Source: an uncultured Gemmatimonadales bacterium (GTDB lineage: Bacteria; Gemmatimonadota; Gemmatimonadetes; Gemmatimonadales; Gemmatimonadaceae). From it: a stretch of DNA of 27,033 nt. The stretch lies in the NCBI GenBank assembly GCA_963793305.1, contig CAWBZV010000021.1, positions 1-27,033 on the forward strand. The letters are read 5' to 3'. The notes under the pieces are model-generated. The model was not told where the DNA came from and ran no database searches. It saw only the letters and a program-made list of their open reading frames with translations. Below are positions 18,622 to 27,033 of this stretch, piece after piece. The position numbers and the translations under genes are program-made. Position 1 is the first letter of the stretch. Every line of letters begins with the position of its first letter.

Positions 18622-19727
18622 ACATTGGCATCACGTGCTACCCGACGTATGGCGGCTCCGGTGCGGTCGCGACCGAGCTCGGGATCGCGCTCGCGGCCCG
18701 CGGGCATGAGGTGCACTTCATCACGTATCAGCAGCCGTTTCGGCTGCCCATGTTCCAGCCGCGGATCTATTTTCACGAAGTGGACGTTGGGCGGTATCCG
18801 TTGTTCGAGTATCCGCCGTATGATCTCGCGCTCGCCGTGCGGATGCACGAGGTCGTGCTCCGCAACAAGCTCGACCTGCTGCACTGTCATTACGCCATCC
18901 CGCACGCGACGAGCGCATGGATCGCGAGGGAGATGCTGCGTGAGACTGGCGACGACATCAAGCTCGTGACGACGCTGCACGGGACGGACATTACGATCGT
19001 CGGGCAAGATCCGTCCTTTCATGCGATCACAAAATTCTCGATCGAGCGGTCGGACCGGTTAACCGCCGTATCGGATTATCTGCGCGAGGCGACGTATTCG
19101 GCGTTCGGGTGCAGCGGTTGTCGCGTCGATGTGATCTACAACTTCGTCGATCCGAAGGTCTTCGATCGGTCGCGGTACCAGCCGCTCATGAGCAATGGGC
19201 GAAAAGTGCTCATGCACATCTCCAACTTCCGCGCCGTCAAACGGGTGAGAGACGTCGTGCGCATCTATGCGAAGGTGCGCAAGGCGGTACCGAGCGTGTT
19301 GGTCATGGTCGGCGACGGGCCCGATCGCGTCGAGGCACAGGATGAGGCGCGACTCCTGGGAGTCGAGGATGATGTGCAGTTCCTCGGGAAGCTGGAGTCC
19401 GTCGCGCCACTGCTCGCCGGCGCGGATGTGTACTTGTTGCCGAGTCAGAGCGAGTCGTTCGGGCTCTCGGCCTTGGAGGCGCTGGCGTCCGGGGTACCGG
19501 TCGTCGCGTCACGCGTGGGCGGGTTGCCCGAGGTCGTCCGCGATGGTGAGACCGGGTGGCTGTTCCCCATCGGGGACGTTGATGCCATGGCGGATGCGGC
19601 CATCGCGCTCCTGCGCGACCCGGAGCGATGGCGCGTGGTCAGTGCCGCCGCCGCGGCGGATGCGCGGGCGCGTTTTGCGACCGACGACATCGTGAGTCAG
19701 TACGAGGCGCTCTATCGCGATTTCTAG
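18618..19727 (+). CDS. bshA: N-acetyl-alpha-D-glucosaminyl L-malate synthase (bacillithiol biosynthesis, GT4)
   Basis: NIGITCYPTYGGSGAVATELG, YPLFEYPPY.LALA, HYAIPHA, TTLHGTDIT.VG, HISNFRAVKRV, ESFGLSALEA. Confidence 0.95.
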   Translation: MNIGITCYPTYGGSGAVATELGIALAARGHEVHFITYQQPFRLPMFQPRIYFHEVDVGRYPLFEYPPYDLALAVRMHEVVLRNKLDLLHCHYAIPHATSAWIAREMLRETGDDIKLVTTLHGTDITIVGQDPSFHAITKFSIERSDRLTAVSDYLREATYSAFGCSGCRVDVIYNFVDPKVFDRSRYQPLMSNGRKVLMHISNFRAVKRVRDVVRIYAKVRKAVPSVLVMVGDGPDRVEAQDEARLLGVEDDVQFLGKLESVAPLLAGADVYLLPSQSESFGLSALEALASGVPVVASRVGGLPEVVRDGETGWLFPIGDVDAMADAAIALLRDPERWRVVSAAAAADARARFATDDIVSQYEALYRDF

Positions 19728-19728
19728 C

Positions 19729-20484
19729 GTTGCACGCCTCGTTCGCCTGCAGAACGGATTGCTCGCCGCTGCCGGCGTCTTCGTTGGCGCCCGCGGAGCT
19801 GGGGTCACCTGGTCGCCCGCGGTGCTCGCCGCCGCCGCGGCTGCGATTTGGTTGAGTGCGGTCGCCAACGCGTTCAACGACTATGATGATCGGGCCATCG
19901 ACGCGGTTATTCACCCGGGCCGGCCGCTCCCATCCGGTGCACTGACTTCGGCTGCGGCTCTACGCATTGTCGTGATCGCCGGGGTGGGTGGGGTTCTGTC
20001 GAGTGTATTGGCCCGGCCCATTCTTGGCGTGGTCAGCCTCGGCGTCATCGGCGTCATGCTGGCCTATGGGCGAATCAAGGCGCGATCGGGCCTCGCGGCC
20101 AATGCGACCGTGGCGGTGCTCGCTTCGATGCCGTTTCTCTATGGCGCGTGGGCCGCGGGCGAGCCGCGCGCGGGCCTCGTGCTGGTGGGCATTGCGGCGC
20201 CGCTGCATTTCGCGCGCGAGATCGCCAAGGACGTTGATGACATCGACGGCGATCGGGGGCGCCGCCGGACGCTGCCCATCACGGCGGGCGTCGGTGTGGC
20301 CCGTGTGATCGAAGTCGCGGCGACGTTCGTGTTCATCGTCGCGTGGGTCGTGTTTCTGGACGCGCGATGGATCGCGTGGCCCGCGGTGGTGCTGGCCATG
20401 GCGGCGGCGTATTGGGGGATGCCGGCGATCTATAAAGGGGCGATGGCTGTGGCGATGATCGCCTACTATGTTTCGCGGCCATGA
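19729..20484 (+). CDS. UbiA-superfamily prenyltransferase, DGGGP-synthase-like; start codon unresolved
   Basis: RLVRLQN N-terminus; NAFNDYDDRAIDAVIHPGRPLPSG; FAREIAKDVDDIDGD..RTLP; multiple TM segments. Confidence 0.85.
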   Translation, partial: VARLVRLQNGLLAAAGVFVGARGAGVTWSPAVLAAAAAAIWLSAVANAFNDYDDRAIDAVIHPGRPLPSGALTSAAALRIVVIAGVGGVLSSVLARPILGVVSLGVIGVMLAYGRIKARSGLAANATVAVLASMPFLYGAWAAGEPRAGLVLVGIAAPLHFAREIAKDVDDIDGDRGRRRTLPITAGVGVARVIEVAATFVFIVAWVVFLDARWIAWPAVVLAMAAAYWGMPAIYKGAMAVAMIAYYVSRP

Positions 20485-21290
20485 CGGTCGTCCAAGCGTT
20501 CGTCCTCGGCATCATCCAAGGGCTGACTGAGTTTCTTCCGATCTCGAGCTCGGCGCATCTCACCCTGGCGCCGTGGATCTTCCGGTGGACCGACCCGGGA
20601 CTCGAGTTCGATGTCGCGCTGCATATGGGGACGCTGATCGCGGTCCTGTGGTATTTCCGGGCCGAGTGGGTGCGGCTGGCGCAAGCCGCATGGGGGATTG
20701 TCCGGCATGGCGGGCGTGTGCAGAGCCCGGAGGAGATGCGGGTCGTGCTCCTGATCATCGCGACGATCCCCGGCGCGATCGCGGGTCTGCTGCTCGAGAA
20801 ACGGGCGGAGGATACGTTCCGGTCGCCGCTCCTGATCGCCGGCACGCTGTCGGTCATGGGCGTGCTGCTCTGGGCCGTCGACAAGTGGGCGCCGGCGGAT
20901 CGGTCAATGGAGCGGCTCGGCGTCATGGACGCCGTCTGGATCGGGCTGGCGCAGATCCTGGCGCTCGTTCCCGGCGTATCACGATCTGGGTCGACGATCA
21001 CGGCGGGCCGCGCGCTCAAGCTCGATCGCGAGAGCGCGGCCGTGTTCAGCTTTCTTATCAGCATGCCGATTATCGCGGGCGCGGGCTTGCACAAGTTGCC
21101 GCATTTGTTGAAGGCGGGCATTACGGCGCCGATCGCCACCGGGGTCATTGCGGCCGCGGTGAGCAGCTGGTTCGCGATCGCGATCGTGCTGCGCTATGTG
21201 AAGACGCATAGCTATGGCGTGTTCGCGCTGTATCGGGTGCTGCTCGCGGCCGCCGTCGTCGCACTCTGGTTCTCCCGCGCAGGTGCCTGA
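20481..21290 (+). CDS. uppP: Undecaprenyl-diphosphate phosphatase
   Basis: LGIIQGLTEFLPISSSAHL, FDVALHMGT, IATIP, ALVPGVSRSGSTI. Confidence 0.96.
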   Translation: MTVVQAFVLGIIQGLTEFLPISSSAHLTLAPWIFRWTDPGLEFDVALHMGTLIAVLWYFRAEWVRLAQAAWGIVRHGGRVQSPEEMRVVLLIIATIPGAIAGLLLEKRAEDTFRSPLLIAGTLSVMGVLLWAVDKWAPADRSMERLGVMDAVWIGLAQILALVPGVSRSGSTITAGRALKLDRESAAVFSFLISMPIIAGAGLHKLPHLLKAGITAPIATGVIAAAVSSWFAIAIVLRYVKTHSYGVFALYRVLLAAAVVALWFSRAGA

Positions 21291-22032
21291 GGGCTCCGAG
21301 TACGATGGGCTGCAGGCGGCCGAGCTGAAGGCCAGGCTCGGGCTACCACGTGTCAATGTCTACGACAGTATCGCTTCAACAATGGACGCGGCGCACGCGG
21401 CCGCGGAGGCCGGAGCGCCGGCCGGGACGCTGATCATCGCCGATCGGCAAACGGCCGGCCGTGGGCGCGCTGGACGGCGCTGGGCCTCCTCCGCCGGCGT
21501 GGGGCTGTACCTGACACTCATCGAGCGGCCGACGGATCCGAAGGCGCTCGACGTGCTGTCGCTGCGGCTCGGCATTCGACTGGCGCCCGTGCTCGATGGC
21601 TTCGCCGACGGCCAACGCGTCGAGATCAAGTGGCCGAACGATCTCTATATCGGCACGGGAAAGTTGGCGGGCATTCTCTCCGAGGCCCGTTGGCAGGACG
21701 AGCGGCCTTCGTGGGTCGCGATCGGGCTCGGCGTCAATGTCATCGCGCCGCCCGAGGTCCCTGGCGCCGTTGGTCTCCGGGGGGGCGTCCATCGCGCGGA
21801 GTTACTCGCGGCGGTCGTGCCGGCGCTGCGTGCGGCCGCGAGGCAGAAGGGTGCGCTGGCTGAGGCCGAGCTCGAGGAGTATGCGATGCGCGACATGGCG
21901 CGAGGGCATACGTGTCGCGAGCCGGCCGTCGGGACTGTGGCTGGCATCTCGTCCTCGGGCGAGCTGCTGGTGCGGTGCGGCGAGGCCATCGGGGCGTACC
22001 GTTCGGGGTCGCTCGTTATGGTTAGTCTGTGA
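21283..22032 (+). CDS. birA: Biotin-[acetyl-CoA-carboxylase] ligase without N-terminal HTH
   Basis: GTG start overlapping uppP stop; SIASTMD, QTAGRGRAGRRW, IKWPNDLY, KLAGILSE, IGLGVNV. Confidence 0.93.
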   Translation: MPEGSEYDGLQAAELKARLGLPRVNVYDSIASTMDAAHAAAEAGAPAGTLIIADRQTAGRGRAGRRWASSAGVGLYLTLIERPTDPKALDVLSLRLGIRLAPVLDGFADGQRVEIKWPNDLYIGTGKLAGILSEARWQDERPSWVAIGLGVNVIAPPEVPGAVGLRGGVHRAELLAAVVPALRAAARQKGALAEAELEEYAMRDMARGHTCREPAVGTVAGISSSGELLVRCGEAIGAYRSGSLVMVSL

Positions 22033-22808
22033 TCTTCGTTTTCGACGTTGGGAATACCGAGACCACGGTTGGGCTTTGGGCAGGCGCTGAGCTTCGGGCC
22101 CATTGGCGGCTGACCACGAATCCCGACCGGACGCCGGACGAGTTGGCACTGCTCATCCAGCAGCTGCTCGGGGTGGGGAAAGTGCATCCGACGGAGATCC
22201 TCGGCACCGCGATCGGGTCGGTGGTGCCGGCCATCACCCGACCGTTGGCCGAGGCGTGTCGGGTGTCGTTTGGGCGGCCGGCCATAATCGTAGACGCGAC
22301 GTCGAAGCTGCCGATCACGCTGGCCGTTGACGAGCCGTTGACGGTCGGTGCCGATCGGTTGATCAATACGCTGGCCGCCAGCCGGCTGTATCACCGAGAC
22401 ACGATCGTCGTGGACCTCGGGACGGCGACCACGTTCGATTGCATTACTGCTGACGGGACCTTTCTCGGCGGAGCCATTGCGCCCGGAGTCCGGACCTCGT
22501 CCGACAACCTCGTACGGCGGACCGCCAAGCTGCCGGCGACGGAGTTGGTTGCGCCATCCAGGGTGATTGGGAAACGCACCGAGGAGTGCATCCGGGCGGG
22601 GGTGGTGTTTGGGGCTGTCGATTCGATCGACGGGATAGTGCGGCGGATCAAGAAAGAGTGGCCGACCAAGGAGGTCCCATTTGTGGTCGCCACCGGCGGG
22701 TTGGCGGAGGTTTTGAAGCCTTATGTCGAGAGCTTCGACCTCGTGGCCCCATATCTGACGCTGGAAGGACTGCGAATAGCCTATGATCTGCTGTCGGCCG
22801 TCGGCTGA
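22029..22808 (+). CDS. coaX: Type III pantothenate kinase
   Basis: DVGNTET, SVVP, VGADR, VVDLGTATTFD, GGAIAPG, VATGG, LTLEGL; birA-coaX pairing. Confidence 0.96.
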   Translation: MIFVFDVGNTETTVGLWAGAELRAHWRLTTNPDRTPDELALLIQQLLGVGKVHPTEILGTAIGSVVPAITRPLAEACRVSFGRPAIIVDATSKLPITLAVDEPLTVGADRLINTLAASRLYHRDTIVVDLGTATTFDCITADGTFLGGAIAPGVRTSSDNLVRRTAKLPATELVAPSRVIGKRTEECIRAGVVFGAVDSIDGIVRRIKKEWPTKEVPFVVATGGLAEVLKPYVESFDLVAPYLTLEGLRIAYDLLSAVG

Positions 22809-22811
22809 GTG

Positions 22812-22887
22812 GGCGATCGGCTCAGCCGAATCGCCATCCAACCGACCAGTCGAGCAGCGTAGCTGCATCGACGAGCGGCGGAGCCGC
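22812..22887 (+). repeat. Hairpin repeat copy B, between coaX and the groES promoter
   Basis: GGCGAT-CGGC-tca-GCCG-a-ATCGCC; TCCAACCGAC (22837-22846); GTCGA-GCAGC-gta-GCTGC-a-TCGAC; GCGGC-gga-GCCGC. Nearly identical to copy A over ~50 nt. Confidence 0.88.
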
Positions 22888-22894
22888 CTACGGC

Positions 22895-22923
22895 TTGCTT
22901 TCGAGCTGATAGCCGGGTAGTTT
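22895..22923 (+). promoter_or_regulatory. Putative sigma70 promoter of groESL
   Basis: TTGCTT (22895-22900) - 17 nt - TAGTTT (22918-22923), directly upstream of CIRCE. Confidence 0.65.
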
Positions 22924-22930
22924 CCCGTCG

Positions 22931-22957
22931 CTAGCACTCGCCATCCTTGAGTGCTAA
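22931..22957 (+). promoter_or_regulatory. CIRCE element (HrcA operator)
   Basis: cTAGCACTC-N9-GAGTGCTAA, one mismatch to TTAGCACTC-N9-GAGTGCTAA, upstream of groES. Confidence 0.95.
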
Positions 22958-22990
22958 CAGATCCAAAAATACACGGAGGGAGTTGTCAGT

Positions 22991-23299
22991 ATGGCCACTA
23001 AGAGTGCCGTGGGCGGCAAGGTCAGCCCGCTGGCAGACCGGGTCGTCATCAAGGCGTTGGAAGAGGCGGAGCAGATGCGGGGTGGGCTCTACATCCCGGA
23101 CACCGCCAAGGAGAAGCCGCAGCAGGGTGAGATTGTCGCGGTGGGTCCTGGCCGGTTCGACGAGGGCAAGCGGGTGCCGATGGAAGTGAAGGTCGGCGAC
23201 AAGGTGCTGTACGGGAAGTACAGCGGCACAGAAGTGACCGTCGATGGCGAGCAGTTGCTCATTCTCCGCGAGTCTGATGTACTCGCGGTCATTGGTTGA
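22991..23299 (+). CDS. groES: Co-chaperonin GroES
   Basis: [55 protein letters not shown] upstream. Confidence 0.98.
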   Translation: MATKSAVGGKVSPLADRVVIKALEEAEQMRGGLYIPDTAKEKPQQGEIVAVGPGRFDEGKRVPMEVKVGDKVLYGKYSGTEVTVDGEQLLILRESDVLAVIG

Positions 23300-24950
<1,651 letters not shown>

Positions 24951-24967
24951 GCCAGGCAGCTGGCAAG

Positions 24968-25000
24968 CGGGGGCCGAGCGATCGGCCCCCGTTTTTTTTT
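24968..25000 (+). terminator. Rho-independent terminator of groESL
   Basis: CGGGGGCCGA-gcga-TCGGCCCCCG followed by T9; the T-run overlaps the vapC stop on the opposite strand. Confidence 0.92.
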
Positions 25001-25493
25001 AGCGGCGGGCGTCGCAGACCGATAGGGTCCGCGTGTGGTCAGCGTATTCGATGATTAGCCGATCCGCGGTCACGAGGGGGACGGCGGCTGAGGCGGCCTG
25101 TGCGATCAACAGGCGATCGACCGGATCACCGTGGATAGGGCCGGGGAGCTGCGTGCTCGCCAGCAGCGTCGGGCGCGTAATGGGCAGGAACGCAAACCCT
25201 GATTGTGCTTCGGCGCGGGCGAGCCAGTCGGCAACGGATGGTGCGAGCGTCAGCTTCCCCTTCGCAGACTTGGTGCCGAGCTCCCAGATGGACATATCGG
25301 AGACGAGCAGGCCCGTCGTACGCACGCTACGCCGGAGGAGGGCGAGCGCGGCGGCGGACATCGCGTCCGCGACGCCGTCGAGATACCAGAGCCAAATGTG
25401 CGTGTCGACGAGGGCAGCGGCGGAGAAACGCGACCGTGCCGTCGGGCGCCAGGCGCCGAAGGGCGGGGCATCGCTCTTCCGGCCCCTAGGCAT
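24999..25493 (-). CDS. vapC: PIN-domain toxin, VapC family
   Basis: LVDTHIWLW, VSDMSIWELGTK..KGKL, HGDPVDRLLIAQA, LVTAD; ATG at 25493 overlaps the antitoxin stop. Confidence 0.92.
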   Translation of the reverse strand: MPRGRKSDAPPFGAWRPTARSRFSAAALVDTHIWLWYLDGVADAMSAAALALLRRSVRTTGLLVSDMSIWELGTKSAKGKLTLAPSVADWLARAEAQSGFAFLPITRPTLLASTQLPGPIHGDPVDRLLIAQAASAAVPLVTADRLIIEYADHTRTLSVCDARR

Positions 25494-25743
25494 CGTTGTC
25501 CGGCCAGGCGTCGAGATCCGGGGCTGTGATATCGCCGTGATACGCGACGGTGCCGCGCAAGCTGCCGAATCCATCCGGTGCATCGTCGCCACCATCGAGC
25601 GGTATGAGCTTAGCGATCGGAACGCCGCGCTTGGTGATGGTCACGGGTACGCGGGAGCGACGCACGGCTTCCATGATCTGGAGGCAGCGCTGCTTGAAGT
25701 CGCCGGCGCCAATGGTGTTGCCAGCCGGAGCATGGTGGGGCAT
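25486..25743 (-). CDS. Phd/YefM-family antitoxin
   Basis: IGAGDFKQRCLQIMEAV...PVTITKRGVPIAKLIP..FGSLRG..GDI; upstream of and overlapping the PIN toxin. Confidence 0.92.
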   Translation of the reverse strand: MPHHAPAGNTIGAGDFKQRCLQIMEAVRRSRVPVTITKRGVPIAKLIPLDGGDDAPDGFGSLRGTVAYHGDITAPDLDAWPDNDA

Positions 25744-25763
25744 CTATCATGGCCTCTATTAAA

Positions 25764-25803
25764 TGTCCATGGACAAGTTAATGTGGACGTAATGCCTCGG
25801 CAA
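25764..25803 (-). promoter_or_regulatory. Putative TA promoter with palindromic operator
   Basis: Minus strand TTGCCG (25803-25798) - 17 nt - TAACTT (25780-25775), followed by the perfect palindrome TGTCCATGGACA (25764-25775). Confidence 0.7.
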
Positions 25804-25812
25804 GCGGCCCCG

Positions 25813-26666
25813 TTATATGCGCAATTGACCTTCCGCCACGATAACCCCGCGTCCAGTGATCGTCACCGCCGTCTCTGTGACGCGAACCGCAATGCGGCTC
25901 GGTCGTCCCATCGCGTGGCCCTGCTCGACGGAGATGGGGATGCCGCGGGTCGCGCGGCCGTGGCGTACGGATAGCAGGCGAGCGGGCCGGCTGCGGTTCC
26001 GGTCGCGGGATCTTCCCACAACCCGACGGTCGGGTTGAAGAATCGCGCGTACGGCGTCGACCCGAGTGCGAATACGTAGCACCCTTCGGCCTCGACTGAT
26101 CGCAGCACTCCGAGCAGTCGCGGCACATCCACGCGGGCCCGGTCGACGGCGCCAACGTCGCGCACTGGAACGAGCAAGTGGGGAGCTCCCGTCGAGACAA
26201 CCTGCGCCGGGAGATCAGCGGTCGCGAGGTCTGTAGCATCGAGCCCGAGTGCCGCGGCGAGTGTGGGCAGGTCGAGCGGCACTGCCCCGAATTTCGGCGC
26301 GCTCTGTGTCATGCTTATGCCATCGGGACGGACCTCGAGGGGCAGAACATCAGGGCCGATTTCCTGGTGAAAGACAATGCGGCCCGCGCTGAGATCGAGG
26401 CGCCCCGTCGCGGCCAGCCACCACCAAGCGCCGAGCGCGTTATGGCCCGCGCCGAACACCTCGACGCCGGCCGCGGTGAACGAGCGGAGTCGCCAATCCG
26501 CGGCGGCGCGCGTCGGTCGCATGACGAACGTCGTCTCCGACTGGTTGAACTCGCGCGCGATGCGCGGCAAGAGCGCTTCGGGCGGAGGGCCGGCGACGAC
26601 CGCCAGCGGGTTGCCGCCGAGCGGTGTCTCGGCGAACACGTCGACGAGCGCAAAGGGATATTCCAC
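25813..26666 (-). CDS. PhzF-family isomerase/epimerase (one base missing near 25970)
   Basis: VDVFAETPLGGNPLAVV, IAREFNQSETTF, EVFGAGHNALGA, VSTGAPHLLVP, EDPATGTAAGPLACY; second frame EQGHAMGRPSRI. Confidence 0.92.
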
Positions 26667-26734
26667 GGCGGAAATATCGCGGTTGGCTGCACTGTCATAG
26701 TAGGCGGTCGGCGGTGTCGATACACTCTCTCATC

Positions 26735-27033
26735 ATGCCGAAAACCATCGCCGTCATGCTGCTCATCGCGCGCGTCGCCACGGCACAGGACATTCAGCTT
26801 ACGGTCGAGCCGAAGGTCATTGGCCCGGGCGTGATATCGACCCCGGCCGAGGAGTTCAAAGCGACGGTCTCGCCCAATGGTCTCACGCTGCTCTACGTGC
26901 TGACCGACCATCAATTCCGCCACATGACTATTGTCGAATCGCATCGAGCGTCCCCCGGTGCCGAGTGGCGGACGCCCGAAGTGGCGGCGTTCTCAGGGAT
27001 CTACCGCGACGGCGATCCGGCATTCGCGCCCGA
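26735..27033 (+). CDS. Secreted TolB-like/PD40 beta-propeller protein, runs off the window end
   Basis: Not in the ORF track. MPKTIAVMLLIARVATAQ signal peptide, then IGPGVIST..EFKATVSPNG.TLLY..WRTPEVAAFSG.YRDGDPAFAP. Confidence 0.75.
   Translation, partial: MPKTIAVMLLIARVATAQDIQLTVEPKVIGPGVISTPAEEFKATVSPNGLTLLYVLTDHQFRHMTIVESHRASPGAEWRTPEVAAFSGIYRDGDPAFAP

Noticed and set aside
7265..22887. Hairpin repeats as integron attC sites (GTCCAAC/ATCCAAC fit RYYYAAC)
   Set aside because: No matching GTTRRRY end, no single long stem, no intI, and flanking genes are housekeeping.
7242..22887. Hairpin repeats as a CRISPR array or intrinsic terminators
   Set aside because: Dispersed over kilobases with no spacer periodicity or cas genes; no U-tracts, and several lie in translated sequence.

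Overview
The window joins three unrelated sources. (1) 1-~550 is a frameshifted fragment of a bacterial Ig-like/RHS-type surface protein. (2) ~550-~4235 is AT-richer fungal DNA: part of an NB-ARC (NLR-type) gene and, head-to-head with it, a UBP2-like deubiquitinase. Their ten predicted spliceosomal introns are all only 30-36 nt. (3) ~4240-27033 is high-GC bacterial core chromosome, probably Gemmatimonadota (inferred from gene content and style). It carries pyrC, a coiled-coil/Zn-ribbon protein, rpsT, scpA-scpB-rluB, a moxR/DUF58/bat cluster, mutL-miaA-bshA-ubiA-like-uppP-birA-coaX, CIRCE-controlled groES-groEL, a phd-vapC TA pair, phzF-like and a PD40 propeller. Both junctions cut genes mid-domain, and single-base indels break conserved genes (rpsT, groEL, miaA), so this is most likely a low-coverage long-read chimera rather than real HGT. 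The most unusual signal is a ~60-80 bp repeat at 4-5 gene junctions: hairpin - invariant TCCAACCGAC - hairpin(s) with C-GNA-G triloops, compensatory changes and tandem G.A pairs. It is read in frame into ScpA and MiaA and forms a translationally coupled mini-ORF between miaA and bshA. The second is a fungus with uniformly ultra-short introns.
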